Assembly (NCBI GenBank): GCA_030390025.1
Contig: CM059432.1
Span: forward strand, 7,254,001-7,318,000
Length of the DNA stretch: 64,000 nt
From: Squalus acanthias
Taxonomy: Eukaryota
Reading direction: 5' to 3'
Under the pieces are notes generated by a model that saw nothing but the letters and a program-made list of their open reading frames with translations, was not told the origin of the DNA and searched no databases. The position numbers were made by a program, and so were the translations under genes. Position 1 is the stretch's first letter; each line of letters starts with the position of its first letter. Of this stretch, positions 63,575-64,000 are shown one piece after another.

Positions 63575-63846
63575 CTGACCTGTTTGGACACCATCCACAC
63601 CTTTGATTGCCGTGATTATCTCTCTGCCGAGGTGTGATAAAGGGCAGTTAGAAAGATTAACTGCAATCATCTGGCAGTGTTCTCTGACTATATATGCTGT
63701 GCCTATATGCATCTCTTCACTTCACCTGACGAAGGAGCAGCGCTCCGAAAGCTTGTGATTTCAAATAAAGCTGTCGGACTATAACCTGGTGTTGTGCGAC
63801 TTCTCACATTTGTCCACCCCAGTCCAACACCGGCATCTCCGCATCA
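63575..63846 (+). mobile_element. Penelope-like terminal repeat (pLTR)
   Basis: HHR followed by AATAAA and the end ...ccagtccaacaccggcatctccgcatca. Confidence 0.8.
63722..63758 (+). ncRNA. Minimal hammerhead ribozyme motif (second family)
   Basis: tcac-CTGACGA-a ggagc agc gctcc-GAAA-gctt-gtga; stem I tcac/gtga, stem II ggagc/gctcc. Confidence 0.8.
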
Positions 63847-64000
63847 AAATTATGAGGGTCTTTGATAGCGTAAATAAGGAGAGGCTGTTTCCACTGGCAG
63901 GAAGGTCAGTAACCAAAGGACACAGATTGAAGATAATTGGCAAAACACCCAGGGAGGAGATGAGGAGAATCTTTTTACGCAGCGAGCTGTTGTGATCTGG

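Larger units (their letters stand above)
60675..64000 (+). mobile_element. CR1 RT/C-terminal fragment split by a 2.45-kb insertion (61392-63843)
   Basis: FADDTKLG...DLIEVFKI stops at 61391 and resumes KIMRVFDSVNKERLFP at 63844; tcaaaattat is duplicated. Confidence 0.88.

Overview
Repeat-dense, apparently intronic or intergenic vertebrate DNA. The repeat repertoire is typical of a cartilaginous fish (shark): CR1 LINEs, L2, Crack-like LINEs, RTE, Vingi, Penelope-like elements, Deu-type and V-type (HE1-like) SINEs, MITEs and solo LTRs. I recognise no host protein-coding gene, and nearly all listed ORFs are decayed retroelement fragments or their antisense frames. The main structures are: (1) a tandem array at 49160-49835 with three minimal hammerhead-ribozyme (HHR) motifs, resembling a non-LTR retrozyme; (2) two nested ~1-kb inverted duplications of composite sequence (131-1221 vs 61391-62446; ~37650-38646 vs 42138-~43325), the outer copy lying in a TSD-bounded insertion that ends in an HHR-bearing Penelope terminal repeat; (3) a MITE family with ANT TSDs, a covarying hairpin and conserved splice-site cassettes; (4) a ~4.4-kb CR1 fold-back and a CR1 with twin-priming-like geometry. 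Family names come from recognising motifs by eye, not from a database search. Boundaries without a TSD are approximate.
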